A stretch of 64,000 bases of DNA, taken from assembly GCA_963802945.1 (NCBI GenBank), contig CAWDKY010000025.1, positions 96,001-160,000 on the forward strand, read 5' to 3'. The notes under the pieces were generated by a model. It searched no databases. It had not been told where the DNA came from and saw only the letters and a program-made list of their open reading frames with translations. The translations under genes and the position numbers were made by a program. Shown in pieces: positions 1 through 10,177 of this stretch (positions within the stretch are counted from its first letter, which is position 1; every line of letters starts with the position of its first letter). This DNA is from an uncultured delta proteobacterium. GTDB taxonomy: Bacteria > Desulfobacterota > RBG-13-43-22.

Positions 1-555
1 GTTTCCATAAGGAAGCTACCGGGTTATTTAATGGGAAGGACCTTTGAAGTCAGACTCGATGCGGTGAAATTGCCTCCGGCGGCCCTGATCGGGGAAGCGG
101 ATAAAGGATATGCCCCCTTATTCAAGGCCATCCAGAAATCCATCCCTGTCCTTTGTGCCTACAAAGTCGGCGGCTGCCAAGCCGTTTTTGAACTGGCGGT
201 CGAACACAGCCGGGTCAGGGTCCAGTTCGGCCAGTCCATCGGCCGCTTCCAGCGGGTCCAGGATATGATCATCGACATCATTAACCAGGTCGATGCCGCC
301 CGTTGGACGACCTATGAAGCCCTCTGGAAACTGGATACGCAAGGGCTGATTCCGGAAAGCATTCATCTGGCCAAGGCCGTAACCAGTGAGGCCTATTGGC
401 AGTCATGCAACCAGGCGCATCGGGCTATAAGCGGCATCGGCTATTCCACGGAGCATCCCCTGAGCCTTCACACCAGGGCTTCTCGTTATCTATACAATTT
501 TCTGGGCGAGCCGGCTTATCACAAACAGCAGTTGGCAAAACTTTTATTGTCATGA
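1..555 (+). CDS. Acyl-CoA dehydrogenase, C-terminal part (5' end probably upstream of the window)
   Basis: RVQFGQSIGRFQRVQ FAD/CoA motif; GIGYSTEHPL. C-terminus lacks the usual YEGT motif (NFLGEPAYHK). Confidence 0.85.
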   Translation, partial: VSIRKLPGYLMGRTFEVRLDAVKLPPAALIGEADKGYAPLFKAIQKSIPVLCAYKVGGCQAVFELAVEHSRVRVQFGQSIGRFQRVQDMIIDIINQVDAARWTTYEALWKLDTQGLIPESIHLAKAVTSEAYWQSCNQAHRAISGIGYSTEHPLSLHTRASRYLYNFLGEPAYHKQQLAKLLLS

Positions 556-673
556 GCCATTGGACGGTTAACCGGCCTTTGGCGCGAGTGTCACATATTC
601 AATAGTTGATTAAATTTGCAGTCATCGTAAGTGGGGAGCAAGACCTGTTTTCCTGTGCTATGGGGGAAAAGCC

Positions 674-1546
674 GTGAAAGAGAACCAATCAAGTCGGACG
701 GCACTGAGCGTGGCCAGGCGCAGGGCCGTCCATCAGATTCTGGATGATCCAAAGGTATTCCATGATCCCCTGGCCTTGCGCATCGTGGGCCTGGGAGGGC
801 TGTGGAAAACTCTAATGCGGTCGAATAGTCTAATACGGAAACTATTTTTCGATCAGTCATTGTTATTATTAGGTCGACGAGCCTTCATGGTCGCACGCAG
901 TCGATATGCTGAAGATGAACTCCACAAGGCCGTTCAACGGGGCGTCTGCCAATATGTTATTTTAGGTGCTGGGTTGGATACCTTCGCTTATCGGAACTCA
1001 TACCCTGTGGATGTGCTCCGGGTCTTCGAAGTGGACCATCCGGCTACTCAGGCTTACAAGCGAAGGCGCCTTAAGGAAACCGGCATCCCGATCCCCAAGA
1101 CGCTGACTTTCTCGGCCATCAACTTTGAGACCCAAAGCCTTGAGGATGGATTGCGACAAGCGGGCTTCGATATCGGCCAAGGCACTTTCTTCTCCTGGCT
1201 CGGAGTGACTCAGTATTTAACGAAGGAGACGATTGCCGCCACTTTAAAATTCGTGGCTTCTCTGCCATCCGGCAGCGGAATCGTTTTTGATTACCATATT
1301 TCCCCGTCCTTGCTGAATCCGGCCCAGCGTCTGGCCCGTGAAAGTTTGGGCCAGCGGGTAAACTTGGTTGATGAGCCTTTTCAGACTTGCCTCGATCCCT
1401 CTTGGCTCAAGGGCAGCTTGATGGCCATGGGTTTCGGAACGGTCGAGGATGTAGTGTCGGAGGATCTGAATGCCCTATATTTTCGAAACCGGTTGGATAA
1501 CCTGAGAGTCAGCAGCCCCTCTCACATCATGAATGCGCGGGTCTGA
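674..1546 (+). CDS. Class I SAM-dependent methyltransferase, LCM/TIGR00027-like
   Basis: SRTALSVARRRA, DPLA, QYVILGAGLDTFAYR, FEVDHPATQ and WLGVTQYL motifs; GTG start. Confidence 0.85.
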   Translation: MKENQSSRTALSVARRRAVHQILDDPKVFHDPLALRIVGLGGLWKTLMRSNSLIRKLFFDQSLLLLGRRAFMVARSRYAEDELHKAVQRGVCQYVILGAGLDTFAYRNSYPVDVLRVFEVDHPATQAYKRRRLKETGIPIPKTLTFSAINFETQSLEDGLRQAGFDIGQGTFFSWLGVTQYLTKETIAATLKFVASLPSGSGIVFDYHISPSLLNPAQRLARESLGQRVNLVDEPFQTCLDPSWLKGSLMAMGFGTVEDVVSEDLNALYFRNRLDNLRVSSPSHIMNARV

Positions 1547-1740
1547 ACAACAGGATTTTTTTGGAATTATCATAAGTCCCACGATTGGCTCAAGCGTTGG
1601 AGGAGAGTCGGGAAAAAAAGGAATGACCGTATCAAGAACAGAGCAGGCCTGGTCAAGCCCAGAATGACACCGAAGGATGAATGTGGATATCCGCTGCTTG
1701 TGGCGGGAAGAATAAATAGATCTAAAAGGAGGAGTATTTA

Positions 1741-2304
1741 ATGGAAACTCATTACAGAAATAGGTTGATTTTCGGGGCTATGTTACTGTCGCTCATAACC
1801 GTGGCCGACATTATTCTCCATGAATTTCACCTTCCTTCTTGGCCGATGTTTATGATCCTGATGTTTTTCTTCTTGGCCCATACGGAAAAAGATGTGGCGC
1901 CGAATATTATCATCGGCGCGCTTTTGGGTATCGCCTGCTTTGACATCGCTCGGCCCATCATCGTGCCCCTTGTTCCCTTCACCGGTTTGTTCGGAGCAAG
2001 GTTGTTGTACCTTTTAGGCATGGTCGGCTCCATTATCCTGTTCAGGGAATTTGTACCGATAGCCTTCAACGACTATGCCTTCGCCTTTCTCCTTCTTTCG
2101 GGGATGGCTTCCAGAGAAAGACCGGAGACGGCCAGTAATCCCATTACTTGGATGGTTGTTACCTTGGTGGCAGGAACCATTATTATCCTGGCTATCCTGG
2201 GTATAAGACAAATCATTGTGGTCATTGAGACCCGCCGGGCGCGAAAAGAAGCCAGAGCGGCAGCCAGGGCACGGAAGGTAGCGGCACTGCGCTCGCAAGG
2301 TTAA
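1741..2304 (+). CDS. Integral membrane protein (DUF1097-like)
   Basis: About six hydrophobic segments, WPMF motif; strong RBS aaggaggag. Confidence 0.6.
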   Translation: METHYRNRLIFGAMLLSLITVADIILHEFHLPSWPMFMILMFFFLAHTEKDVAPNIIIGALLGIACFDIARPIIVPLVPFTGLFGARLLYLLGMVGSIILFREFVPIAFNDYAFAFLLLSGMASRERPETASNPITWMVVTLVAGTIIILAILGIRQIIVVIETRRARKEARAAARARKVAALRSQG

Positions 2305-2357
2305 ACAAAGGAATTTTAAATAATTGTGAGAGCGCAGAAATAAAAAGGAGAATTGAA

Positions 2358-2963
2358 ATGAAAAGAAATCCCGTAATGTTTTATGTGGCGATCCTATTTT
2401 TAATGATTATAGCGGCGGCGTTCATTTATAATAACTTTTCTCACATTTATCCCAGAACTTCTGCTTCTTCTGGGACGCCTTCCGAATTCAAATATCCTAG
2501 CTCACCTTCGTCAGGAGAGTCCTCCAGATTCAAATATCCCGGCCCCCCGGCCTTTAGCGTCGATATTCCGAAAGACTTCCAAAGAGGAACTCCAAAAGCC
2601 AAAGAAGGACAAATCCTTACCGGGAAAACAGCTTCCGGAGTCGTTGTAACCTTATCCGTCTTTAATATCCCAAAAGACATTTCAATGGAGGATAACGGAC
2701 CAAAGACCTTCCGTCCCCGTCTGGCCGGAGTTAAAAATCTTAAAATCGATGATATCAAAATGATTAGCAATGAGAAATTTGAACTGGATGACGGTACCCC
2801 AGCCTGGAAGTGCGAGATGAAATGGCCTTCCCGGGGCTCGACTATTATCACAACTTATTTGATAACCGCAGATAAAGATGGGAAGCGAGTCACAATAGCG
2901 GGCCACTCGTGGTCCAAACAAGCCGAGGCTTTAGGAATTCTTCAAAGTCTGAGTTTTAAATAA
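2358..2963 (+). CDS. Membrane-anchored exported hypothetical protein
   Basis: N-terminal TM helix; RBS aaggag; internal 14-aa tandem duplication (xFKYPxxP). Confidence 0.65.
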   Translation: MKRNPVMFYVAILFLMIIAAAFIYNNFSHIYPRTSASSGTPSEFKYPSSPSSGESSRFKYPGPPAFSVDIPKDFQRGTPKAKEGQILTGKTASGVVVTLSVFNIPKDISMEDNGPKTFRPRLAGVKNLKIDDIKMISNEKFELDDGTPAWKCEMKWPSRGSTIITTYLITADKDGKRVTIAGHSWSKQAEALGILQSLSFK

Positions 2964-2982
2964 ATAGTGAAAGGGATTTGTT

Positions 2983-4116
2983 ATGAGAGAGGTTGTTGTT
3001 ATTGGGGCCGGATTGCATCGATATGGGGTTTTTCCGGATAAATCGATTTCCGACCTTGGCACAGAGGCCATTAGAAACGCCCTTCAAGATGCCCGAATGG
3101 AATGGAAGGATATTGAGGCCGCTTATTGCGGCACAATTCAACCGGGAATATCCACCGGACACCGGGTATGTAATAAAATGGGTTTGACCGGTCTGGGGAT
3201 TACTAATGTGGAAAATGCCTCAGCCAGCGGCTCTTCGGCCTTCAGAGAGGCTTACCTTTCGGTGGCTTCGGGGGAAAATGATATCGTCCTGGCCTTTGGG
3301 GTCGATAAACTCAACCCACCTCCGCCGGTTCTGGCAGGGACGAAAGAGAAAAAAGAAAAGCAGGCGATGTCGGAATCCAAACCCAAAAGACAATTACCCG
3401 TTCAACATTTCGCCGCCATGGCCCGTCATTATATGAAGGAATACGGCCTAACTCTGGAGCAATTAGGTCAGATCTCGGTCAAAAGCCATTACAATGCCAG
3501 TCTGAATCCCTACGCTCAGTTTCAAAAGACCGTCACCTTGGAAGAGGTCATGAGCTCCCGCATGGTTGCCGATCCCTTGACCGTGCTTCAATGCTGTCCT
3601 AGGGATGAAGGGGCGGCTGCGGTCATTGTCTGTGCCAAGGAGGTTGCTAAAAGATATACGGACAAAATGTGCCCGACTGTTGCCGCCTCTGTTCTCAAAA
3701 GTACATCCCCTGGCGGGGATTTCTTGGTTAATCTTACCAAGACATCGGCACAGGCCGCCTATGACAGGGCCGGGATAGGGCCGGAAGATCTGGATCTCAT
3801 CGAATTGCACGATGCCTTTACCATCGAGGAGATCATCTACTCCGAGGCACTCGGTCTATGTCCCAGGGGACAAGGGGCCAAGCTAGTTGAGGAAGGGGTA
3901 ACTTCTCTTAGCGGCCAACACCCGATTAACACCAGCGGGGGCCTTATCTCCATGGGGCATCCCATCGGGCCGACCGGTGCTGGTCAGATAGCCGAAATAC
4001 TATGGCAAATGAGGCGAGAATGCGGCCGGCGCCAGATTCCCAAACCTGTCAATTGGGCCCTGGCCCACATGGTCGGAGCAGGGGGGGTGTGCCTTATTCA
4101 TCTTTTCAAGAAATAG
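2983..4116 (+). CDS. SCP2-type thiolase-family protein with Ser at the nucleophile position
   Basis: NVENASASGS (normally NAC), IELHDAFT, SGGLISMGHPIGPTG. Confidence 0.85.
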   Translation: MREVVVIGAGLHRYGVFPDKSISDLGTEAIRNALQDARMEWKDIEAAYCGTIQPGISTGHRVCNKMGLTGLGITNVENASASGSSAFREAYLSVASGENDIVLAFGVDKLNPPPPVLAGTKEKKEKQAMSESKPKRQLPVQHFAAMARHYMKEYGLTLEQLGQISVKSHYNASLNPYAQFQKTVTLEEVMSSRMVADPLTVLQCCPRDEGAAAVIVCAKEVAKRYTDKMCPTVAASVLKSTSPGGDFLVNLTKTSAQAAYDRAGIGPEDLDLIELHDAFTIEEIIYSEALGLCPRGQGAKLVEEGVTSLSGQHPINTSGGLISMGHPIGPTGAGQIAEILWQMRRECGRRQIPKPVNWALAHMVGAGGVCLIHLFKK

Positions 4117-4179
4117 CCCCGCTATCATAGTCGGATTTTATTCAACTTTTGAAGATATGAACTTATTAGAGCAGACGGA

Positions 4180-6648
4180 ATGAAAACTAAGAAAAAAGAC
4201 GAAGGTCTCCTCAATCCATATCGAGTCCTGGACTTGGCCGATGAAAAGGGGCTTTTGTGCGGCAAAATATTGGGAGACCTCGGCGCCGACGTGGTCAAGG
4301 TCGAAAAACCAGGGGGAGACCCGGCCCGTCATATCGGCCCTTTTTATCATGATGAGGTTGACCCTGAAAAAAGTCTTTTTTGGTTTGCCTATAATACCAA
4401 TAAGAGGGGTATTACTTTGGATATTGAATCGGCCGCGGGTCAAGAGACCTTCAAAAAACTGGTTGAGACATCTGATTTTATTATTGAGTCCTTTCCGCCT
4501 GGATACCTGGATAAACTCGGTCTGGGATATTCGACCTTGGAGAAAATTAATCCGGGTGTCATCCTGGTTTCCATTACTCCCTTCGGGCAGACCGGCCCCT
4601 ACAAGGACTTTAAGGGGCCGGATATTGTGACCTGGGCCATGAGCGGCCAGATGATTTCTCTCGGTGATCCGGACCGTCCTCCCATCCGAATAAGTCATCA
4701 TTCCCAGTCTTATTTGCAGGCCGGCGCCGCCGGCGCCGTTGGAGCGCTGATGGCCCTGATTCACCGCCGGGCTTCCGGTGAAGGCCAGCAAGTGGATGTC
4801 TCTATACAGGTCTCAACCGTTCAACTCATGAGGACGTCTTTTTGGGATATGCGGAAAATTCGATTACCCCGGGGTTTCAGGATGGGCATTAAACCGCCCC
4901 GGATATGGGCCTGTGCGGATGGCTATGTCCTCTGGGTTTTATTCAGTGGTGCGGTAGCCAGGCGATTGAACGAGCCGATGGTCAAATGGATGGAGATCGA
5001 AGGTGAGGCCGATGCCTATTTATCGGAATTTAACTGGGATGAATTCAGTCTCCGTGACACAACACAGCAAGTAGTTGACGCCCTTTGTCAACCTATCCGC
5101 CGATTTTTTTTGAAACGCACCAAATCCGAACTCCTGCATGGTGCGGTAAAGTATAGGGTCGTCCTTTATCCGGTTTTCACCATGGCCGACATTTTAGGGA
5201 GCGTTCAACTGTCAGCCAGAAATTTCTGGGTCAAGCTGGAGCATCCTGAATTAGGTACCTATCTGACTTACCCGGGACCTTTCACCCAGGCGCAAGCCTG
5301 TTCCCCAAAGCTTAGGCATAGGGCCCCTCTGGTCGGCGAGCATAATAAAGAGATTGAGCTTGAGCTGGAAGGGCTTTCCGGGGGAAAGCCGATTTTTAAA
5401 AATCAGAATAAGGGGGAAAGGGGAGATTTAACCAGGAAGCCCATGGAAGGCATAAGGATTGCAGACTTCACCAGTTATGCCGCGGCCCCCTTAGCCACCA
5501 AGATTTTTGCCGATTTCGGTGCGGAAGTCATTAAAGTGGAAGGAGAAACCAGACCTGATCCCTGGCGGACTTTCGGCCCTTTTAAAGACGGTATTCCGGG
5601 AATCAACCGCAATGGAAGTTTCAACCAGATCAATACCGGCAAGCGCAGCCTCGCCATCAATCTCACTAAGCCTAAAGGTGTGGATATCGCCAAAGGCATC
5701 GTTGCCTGTGCAGATATAGTTATTGAAAATTTCGCCGGTGGCGTCATGAACCGAATGGGGCTGGGTTACGACGAACTCAAGAAGGTAAAGCCCGATATCA
5801 TCATGATCAGTTCCTGCATGCAAGGTCAGACCGGTCCCCACGCCTCCCATCCCGGATTGGGCCCTCATCTGACCGCCCTGGCGGGTTTTTGCCATATTTC
5901 CGGCTGGCCTGATCGGGGACCGGTGGAACTTGGTGTTTATACTGATCTGATTTGCCCTTATTTTAACGCCCTTTTGGCTCTGGCGGCCTTAGATTATCGA
6001 CGCCGGACCGGAAGAGGACAATATTTCGATAGTTCTCAATATGAAAACGCCTTGCAGTATATGGCTCCTCTAATACTGGATTATACGGTTAACGACCGAA
6101 TAGCCAATCGAATAGGGAATTCTCATGCTTCTGCCGCCCCGCATGGCGTCTATCGATGCCGCAGCGAAACCAATATAGTGAGATGGTGTTCCATTGCAGT
6201 ATTCACCGAAGAGGAATGGAAGAATTTTGGAAAAGTCCTTGGCAATCCTCCCTGGATCTATGATTCGAAGTTTGCCACTTTTAAGGGGAGAAAAGAAAAC
6301 GAGGAGGAGTTGAATCAACGAATAGAAGAATGGACGGTCCGCTACCCGCCGGAGAAAGTGATGGAGTTGATGCAGGCCCAGGGAGTGCCGGCGGGCCTGG
6401 TGGAAAACGGCCGGGACCAATTGGAGAATGATCCTCAATTAAAACATCGTCAGGCCTTTTGGGAGGTTGAGCATCCGGAAATTGGAAAATACCATGCTCC
6501 GGCACCGCCATTCCTGTTGTCAAAGTCCGCCTACGAAATTCGAAGAGCGCCCTTGCTGGGCGAGGACAACGAGTACGTCCTGAAGCAAGTTTTAGGCATG
6601 ACTGATGAAGTTATAGCCGAATTGGTCATCGAAGGGGTCATTGAGTAA
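4180..6648 (+). CDS. Class III CoA-transferase (CaiB/BaiF), two fused domains
   Basis: Two copies of RVLDL/RIADF...GAdVIKVE...NxxKRSxxL...APLxGEhN. Confidence 0.9.
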   Translation: MKTKKKDEGLLNPYRVLDLADEKGLLCGKILGDLGADVVKVEKPGGDPARHIGPFYHDEVDPEKSLFWFAYNTNKRGITLDIESAAGQETFKKLVETSDFIIESFPPGYLDKLGLGYSTLEKINPGVILVSITPFGQTGPYKDFKGPDIVTWAMSGQMISLGDPDRPPIRISHHSQSYLQAGAAGAVGALMALIHRRASGEGQQVDVSIQVSTVQLMRTSFWDMRKIRLPRGFRMGIKPPRIWACADGYVLWVLFSGAVARRLNEPMVKWMEIEGEADAYLSEFNWDEFSLRDTTQQVVDALCQPIRRFFLKRTKSELLHGAVKYRVVLYPVFTMADILGSVQLSARNFWVKLEHPELGTYLTYPGPFTQAQACSPKLRHRAPLVGEHNKEIELELEGLSGGKPIFKNQNKGERGDLTRKPMEGIRIADFTSYAAAPLATKIFADFGAEVIKVEGETRPDPWRTFGPFKDGIPGINRNGSFNQINTGKRSLAINLTKPKGVDIAKGIVACADIVIENFAGGVMNRMGLGYDELKKVKPDIIMISSCMQGQTGPHASHPGLGPHLTALAGFCHISGWPDRGPVELGVYTDLICPYFNALLALAALDYRRRTGRGQYFDSSQYENALQYMAPLILDYTVNDRIANRIGNSHASAAPHGVYRCRSETNIVRWCSIAVFTEEEWKNFGKVLGNPPWIYDSKFATFKGRKENEEELNQRIEEWTVRYPPEKVMELMQAQGVPAGLVENGRDQLENDPQLKHRQAFWEVEHPEIGKYHAPAPPFLLSKSAYEIRRAPLLGEDNEYVLKQVLGMTDEVIAELVIEGVIE

Positions 6649-6804
6649 CCGTTTAAGGCCGGATTAAAAAAAATTCGGGAAAACGTTTAGTCATGTTTTC
6701 AGGTCTTGATCGAAAATACCTCCCTGATTAACGGGGAGAGTTCATCAGGACTTTTCGGAAAATATTTCTACCAGCCATAAAACCGAATGAGAAAAGGGGA
6801 GCGC

Positions 6805-7959
6805 ATGGACTTCGAACTTTCAGCAGAGCAAAGAATGCTTAAGGAATCAGCCGCAAGGCTTATGGAGCGAGAGATAAAGCCGTATCTCGACCAGATTCCC
6901 CGCGGGCGGACGCTGGCTAAGCATGAAATTAAAGCACTTTTAAAAAAACTCAGCCCATTACAATATGTAGGCGCTCTTTTGCCGGAAGAATATGGAGGCG
7001 GCGGTCTTGATTTTTTTTCTTATGGGCTTTTGATGGAAGAATTGGACTATCGCATCTACAGCCTGGTCATGGCTACGGCCAATGCGGCGGAAGTTGTCTG
7101 CCATCGTGCCTCTGAGCCGCTTAAGGATAAATTGATTCCCTCTTTGCTTTCCGGTGAGATGATAGCCTGTCTGGCCGTTACCGAACCGGAGGCTGGGTCC
7201 GACATGGCTTCCTTGGAAACCAAAGCCGTTCGGAATGGGGGATTTTTTATTATAGACGGGGAAAAGAAATGGATCACTAATGGATCCTTGGCCGATGTAG
7301 CCCTGGTGCTGGCCAGAGAATTTTCCAATGAAAAGACCAAGGGTATATCTCAATTTGTGGTTGTCAGGGATGATTCTCCTTATGAAATCAGGCCGGTTAA
7401 TTCAATCGCCGACGGTCCTGTGCCTATTATGGGTGATCTGGTCTTTGAGAATTGTCATATCCCGATCGAGAACCGGATTGGTGGTCCCGGTGAAGGATTG
7501 CCAGATACTTTTTTAACGCTCCAGGCCAGACGATGCCTGGGTGCCCTGCATGGCGTCAACATCGCCCAAAAGGCTGTCGATGCTGCCATCCGTTATGCCA
7601 AAGAGCGGGTTCAATTCGGAAAGCCTATCGGGCAATTTCAACTTATTCAGTCCATGATCGCCGATATGATCGCCATGACGGATTCGGCACGGCTTCTGGT
7701 TTATCGGGCTATGGATCTGATCGGAAAAGGGAAACGCTGCCCCAAGGAGACCTCCCTGGCTGGGTTTTACGCCACGGGTACGGCGGTAAAGGTCACATCC
7801 ATGGCCATTCAGATCCATGGTGCTTATGGTCTTTCCACTGAGTATCCGGTTGAGCATCTATTTAAGACAGCGAAAACGTTAACGGTCTCTGAGGGAACCC
7901 AACAGATCCAAAAACTGGTTGTGGCTGGTGAAACCCTTGAGTTGAATGCCCTGGTGTAG
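6805..7959 (+). CDS. Acyl-CoA dehydrogenase
   Basis: MDFELSAEQ start, TEPEAGSD, KKWITNG, RVQFGKPIGQFQ, SEGTQQIQK. Confidence 0.92.
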   Translation: MDFELSAEQRMLKESAARLMEREIKPYLDQIPRGRTLAKHEIKALLKKLSPLQYVGALLPEEYGGGGLDFFSYGLLMEELDYRIYSLVMATANAAEVVCHRASEPLKDKLIPSLLSGEMIACLAVTEPEAGSDMASLETKAVRNGGFFIIDGEKKWITNGSLADVALVLAREFSNEKTKGISQFVVVRDDSPYEIRPVNSIADGPVPIMGDLVFENCHIPIENRIGGPGEGLPDTFLTLQARRCLGALHGVNIAQKAVDAAIRYAKERVQFGKPIGQFQLIQSMIADMIAMTDSARLLVYRAMDLIGKGKRCPKETSLAGFYATGTAVKVTSMAIQIHGAYGLSTEYPVEHLFKTAKTLTVSEGTQQIQKLVVAGETLELNALV

Positions 7960-8296
7960 GTTAGGTTATTAAGGGTCTCATAATTGTCTTGACATGAAAC
8001 GTTTTACTTCACCTTAGATTAAGGACCGGGAAGGTTTTATTTTTGGGGTTGTCCACCCTGAACCTGGAAGCTTCTTTGCCGGGCAAATTATTTAACTAAA
8101 TCAAGAGCAGGCCTTCACCGGTGCTCGAAACAGGCTACGGTGTATGCCCTGCCTCGAATCAAACTTTACTGGACTGGCCGGGATAGGGCGATAAATTACC
8201 CTTTGGACAATCCCCAAAAATAAAACCTCCCCGGTCCTTTTTGTCAATATTATTTTGAGACCCTTAATAATAGGCTGTAGGGAGGAGCTTAAGATC

Positions 8297-10150
8297 ATGT
8301 TCGAAAGAAAAAAGGTTCTAAGCATTTTATCAGGCCTGGCTTTTGTTTTTTTTCTGACCGGGGTGCTTCCTGGTATTGAAACAGCCGGACCGGCGGAAAA
8401 ATCCATTACCGGGAAGGAATGGGCGGAAATGACCGGAATGGAATGGGGGCCGAAATATTATCCTGCCAAACCGGTGCGGGGGGGTATTGCTAATTTCGCC
8501 AGTCCCTTGTACATCGGGCTGATGAACCCTAACCACTGGCCGGTAAACGACTGGGTAGCTATTGGGGCTATATATGACAAACTCATTGTGACTGACGGGA
8601 ATTACAGGCCCACGGTGCCTTGGCTGGCCGAGTCCTGGAAATATTTGGATAAAGTGACGGTGGTTATGAAGCTTCGTCAAGGCGTTCAGTTTCATGACGG
8701 ATCGTTATTCAATGCCGAAGGTCTCAAGTATCAAATGGATTGGATCATGGATGCCAAAAATGGGGCTTGGACCCGGTCCTGGCTGGAACCGGTCTCCTCA
8801 ATCGAAGTAGTGGATACCTACACGGTCAAATGGCATTTCAAGAGACCCTGGGGCGGATTCCTGGGGGTTATGGCCAGTGTTCCGGGAGATGTCATCTCAG
8901 CCAAGGCCCTGAAAGCCGACATGGCCTTGAGGGAGTCTAAACAATTGGCCAGCCAGTTGGAAAGAGAGAAGAAAAATGTGGAGCAGGCGAAGAAGGAAGT
9001 CGCCACAACTTCTGGTGAAGCAGCCGAAAAAGCCAAGGCCAAGCTGGAAATGGCCAGGAAAAAGTTGACCCCCCTGGAAGAAGAATATAAAAAGGCGGCC
9101 GCTCTGGCTGCAGGGACCAAAGAGTTGGATAACAATCCAGTAGGGTCGGGACCCTATATTTTTGAGGAAGGGAACCCGGGAAATTACCTAAAGCTAAAAA
9201 GGAATCCCAACTGGTGGTTTGCCAAGTTCATCGGTCTGGATATGCCTTACTATGACGGGATCAAAATCAATATTATCCCTGATCCCTCGGTTAGACTGGC
9301 CAACCTCAGGGCCGGGAAAATAGATTCCTTGGTTGTCGATCCTTCCCAGGCCTCTATGTTCAAGAATGAACGCAACCTACAGGTTTTTAAAAATACCGTC
9401 AATTGGGTCGTAAGCATGAGCTTTAATCTGAAAGACGGGCCGTGCAAGGACATTCGGGTCCGCAAGGCCATCTCCCAGGCCATCGATCGAAAGGCCTTGA
9501 TTGCCGGAGTGGATTTCGGAATGGGCCGCCCGGCCAGTTGTATGTATCCTGGCGATCACTGGTGCCATAATCCCAGGCTTAAACCGGTCAGCTATGACCC
9601 AGCCCTGGCCAAGAAGCTTCTGGCCCAGGCCGGTTATAAAAACGGGTTGACCATAAGAGGGTATATGGCCAACCTGACCCTATCCATGTCCATGTCCGAG
9701 GCCATCAAAGCCATGCTGGCCAAGGTGGGTATTACCTGGAAGGTGGAGTTCCTTGATCCGGCAGCCATTTCCGAAAAGCTGAGAAAGGTCGATTATGATT
9801 TTACCGCCGGTGGTTGGGGCTGGATTACTGATCCGGATCTGATAGCCACCGGTCTTTACCATCCCGATGGAGGTTTTAATTTCGGAAGGAGTAACAATCC
9901 AAAGGCTATCGCCCTGATCGAAGCCGGCCGCAAAGAGGTTGACTTTGACAAGAGGACTAAGATTTATTGGGAGTTGGAAAAGGTCCTTTATGACAACTAC
10001 GAGGATGTCTGGTTATGGTGGCCCAGATATGTGTCGGCTACCCGTAAAAACATCCAAGGAATCAACAATGATATGGGTAATAGATTCAAAGCAATGTTTG
10101 CTGTTTCACACCACCCTTGGTTTAAGGATGGAAAGGAAAATCGTTATTAA
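8297..10150 (+). CDS. ABC transporter family 5 (DppA/NikA-like) substrate-binding protein with a coiled-coil insertion
   Basis: PWLAESW, LRQGVQFHDG, PVGSGPY, DIRVRKAISQAIDR; signal peptide; RBS ggaggag. Confidence 0.88.
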   Translation: MFERKKVLSILSGLAFVFFLTGVLPGIETAGPAEKSITGKEWAEMTGMEWGPKYYPAKPVRGGIANFASPLYIGLMNPNHWPVNDWVAIGAIYDKLIVTDGNYRPTVPWLAESWKYLDKVTVVMKLRQGVQFHDGSLFNAEGLKYQMDWIMDAKNGAWTRSWLEPVSSIEVVDTYTVKWHFKRPWGGFLGVMASVPGDVISAKALKADMALRESKQLASQLEREKKNVEQAKKEVATTSGEAAEKAKAKLEMARKKLTPLEEEYKKAAALAAGTKELDNNPVGSGPYIFEEGNPGNYLKLKRNPNWWFAKFIGLDMPYYDGIKINIIPDPSVRLANLRAGKIDSLVVDPSQASMFKNERNLQVFKNTVNWVVSMSFNLKDGPCKDIRVRKAISQAIDRKALIAGVDFGMGRPASCMYPGDHWCHNPRLKPVSYDPALAKKLLAQAGYKNGLTIRGYMANLTLSMSMSEAIKAMLAKVGITWKVEFLDPAAISEKLRKVDYDFTAGGWGWITDPDLIATGLYHPDGGFNFGRSNNPKAIALIEAGRKEVDFDKRTKIYWELEKVLYDNYEDVWLWWPRYVSATRKNIQGINNDMGNRFKAMFAVSHHPWFKDGKENRY

Positions 10151-10177
10151 ATACTAAATTAACCAAGGAGGAAGGAT

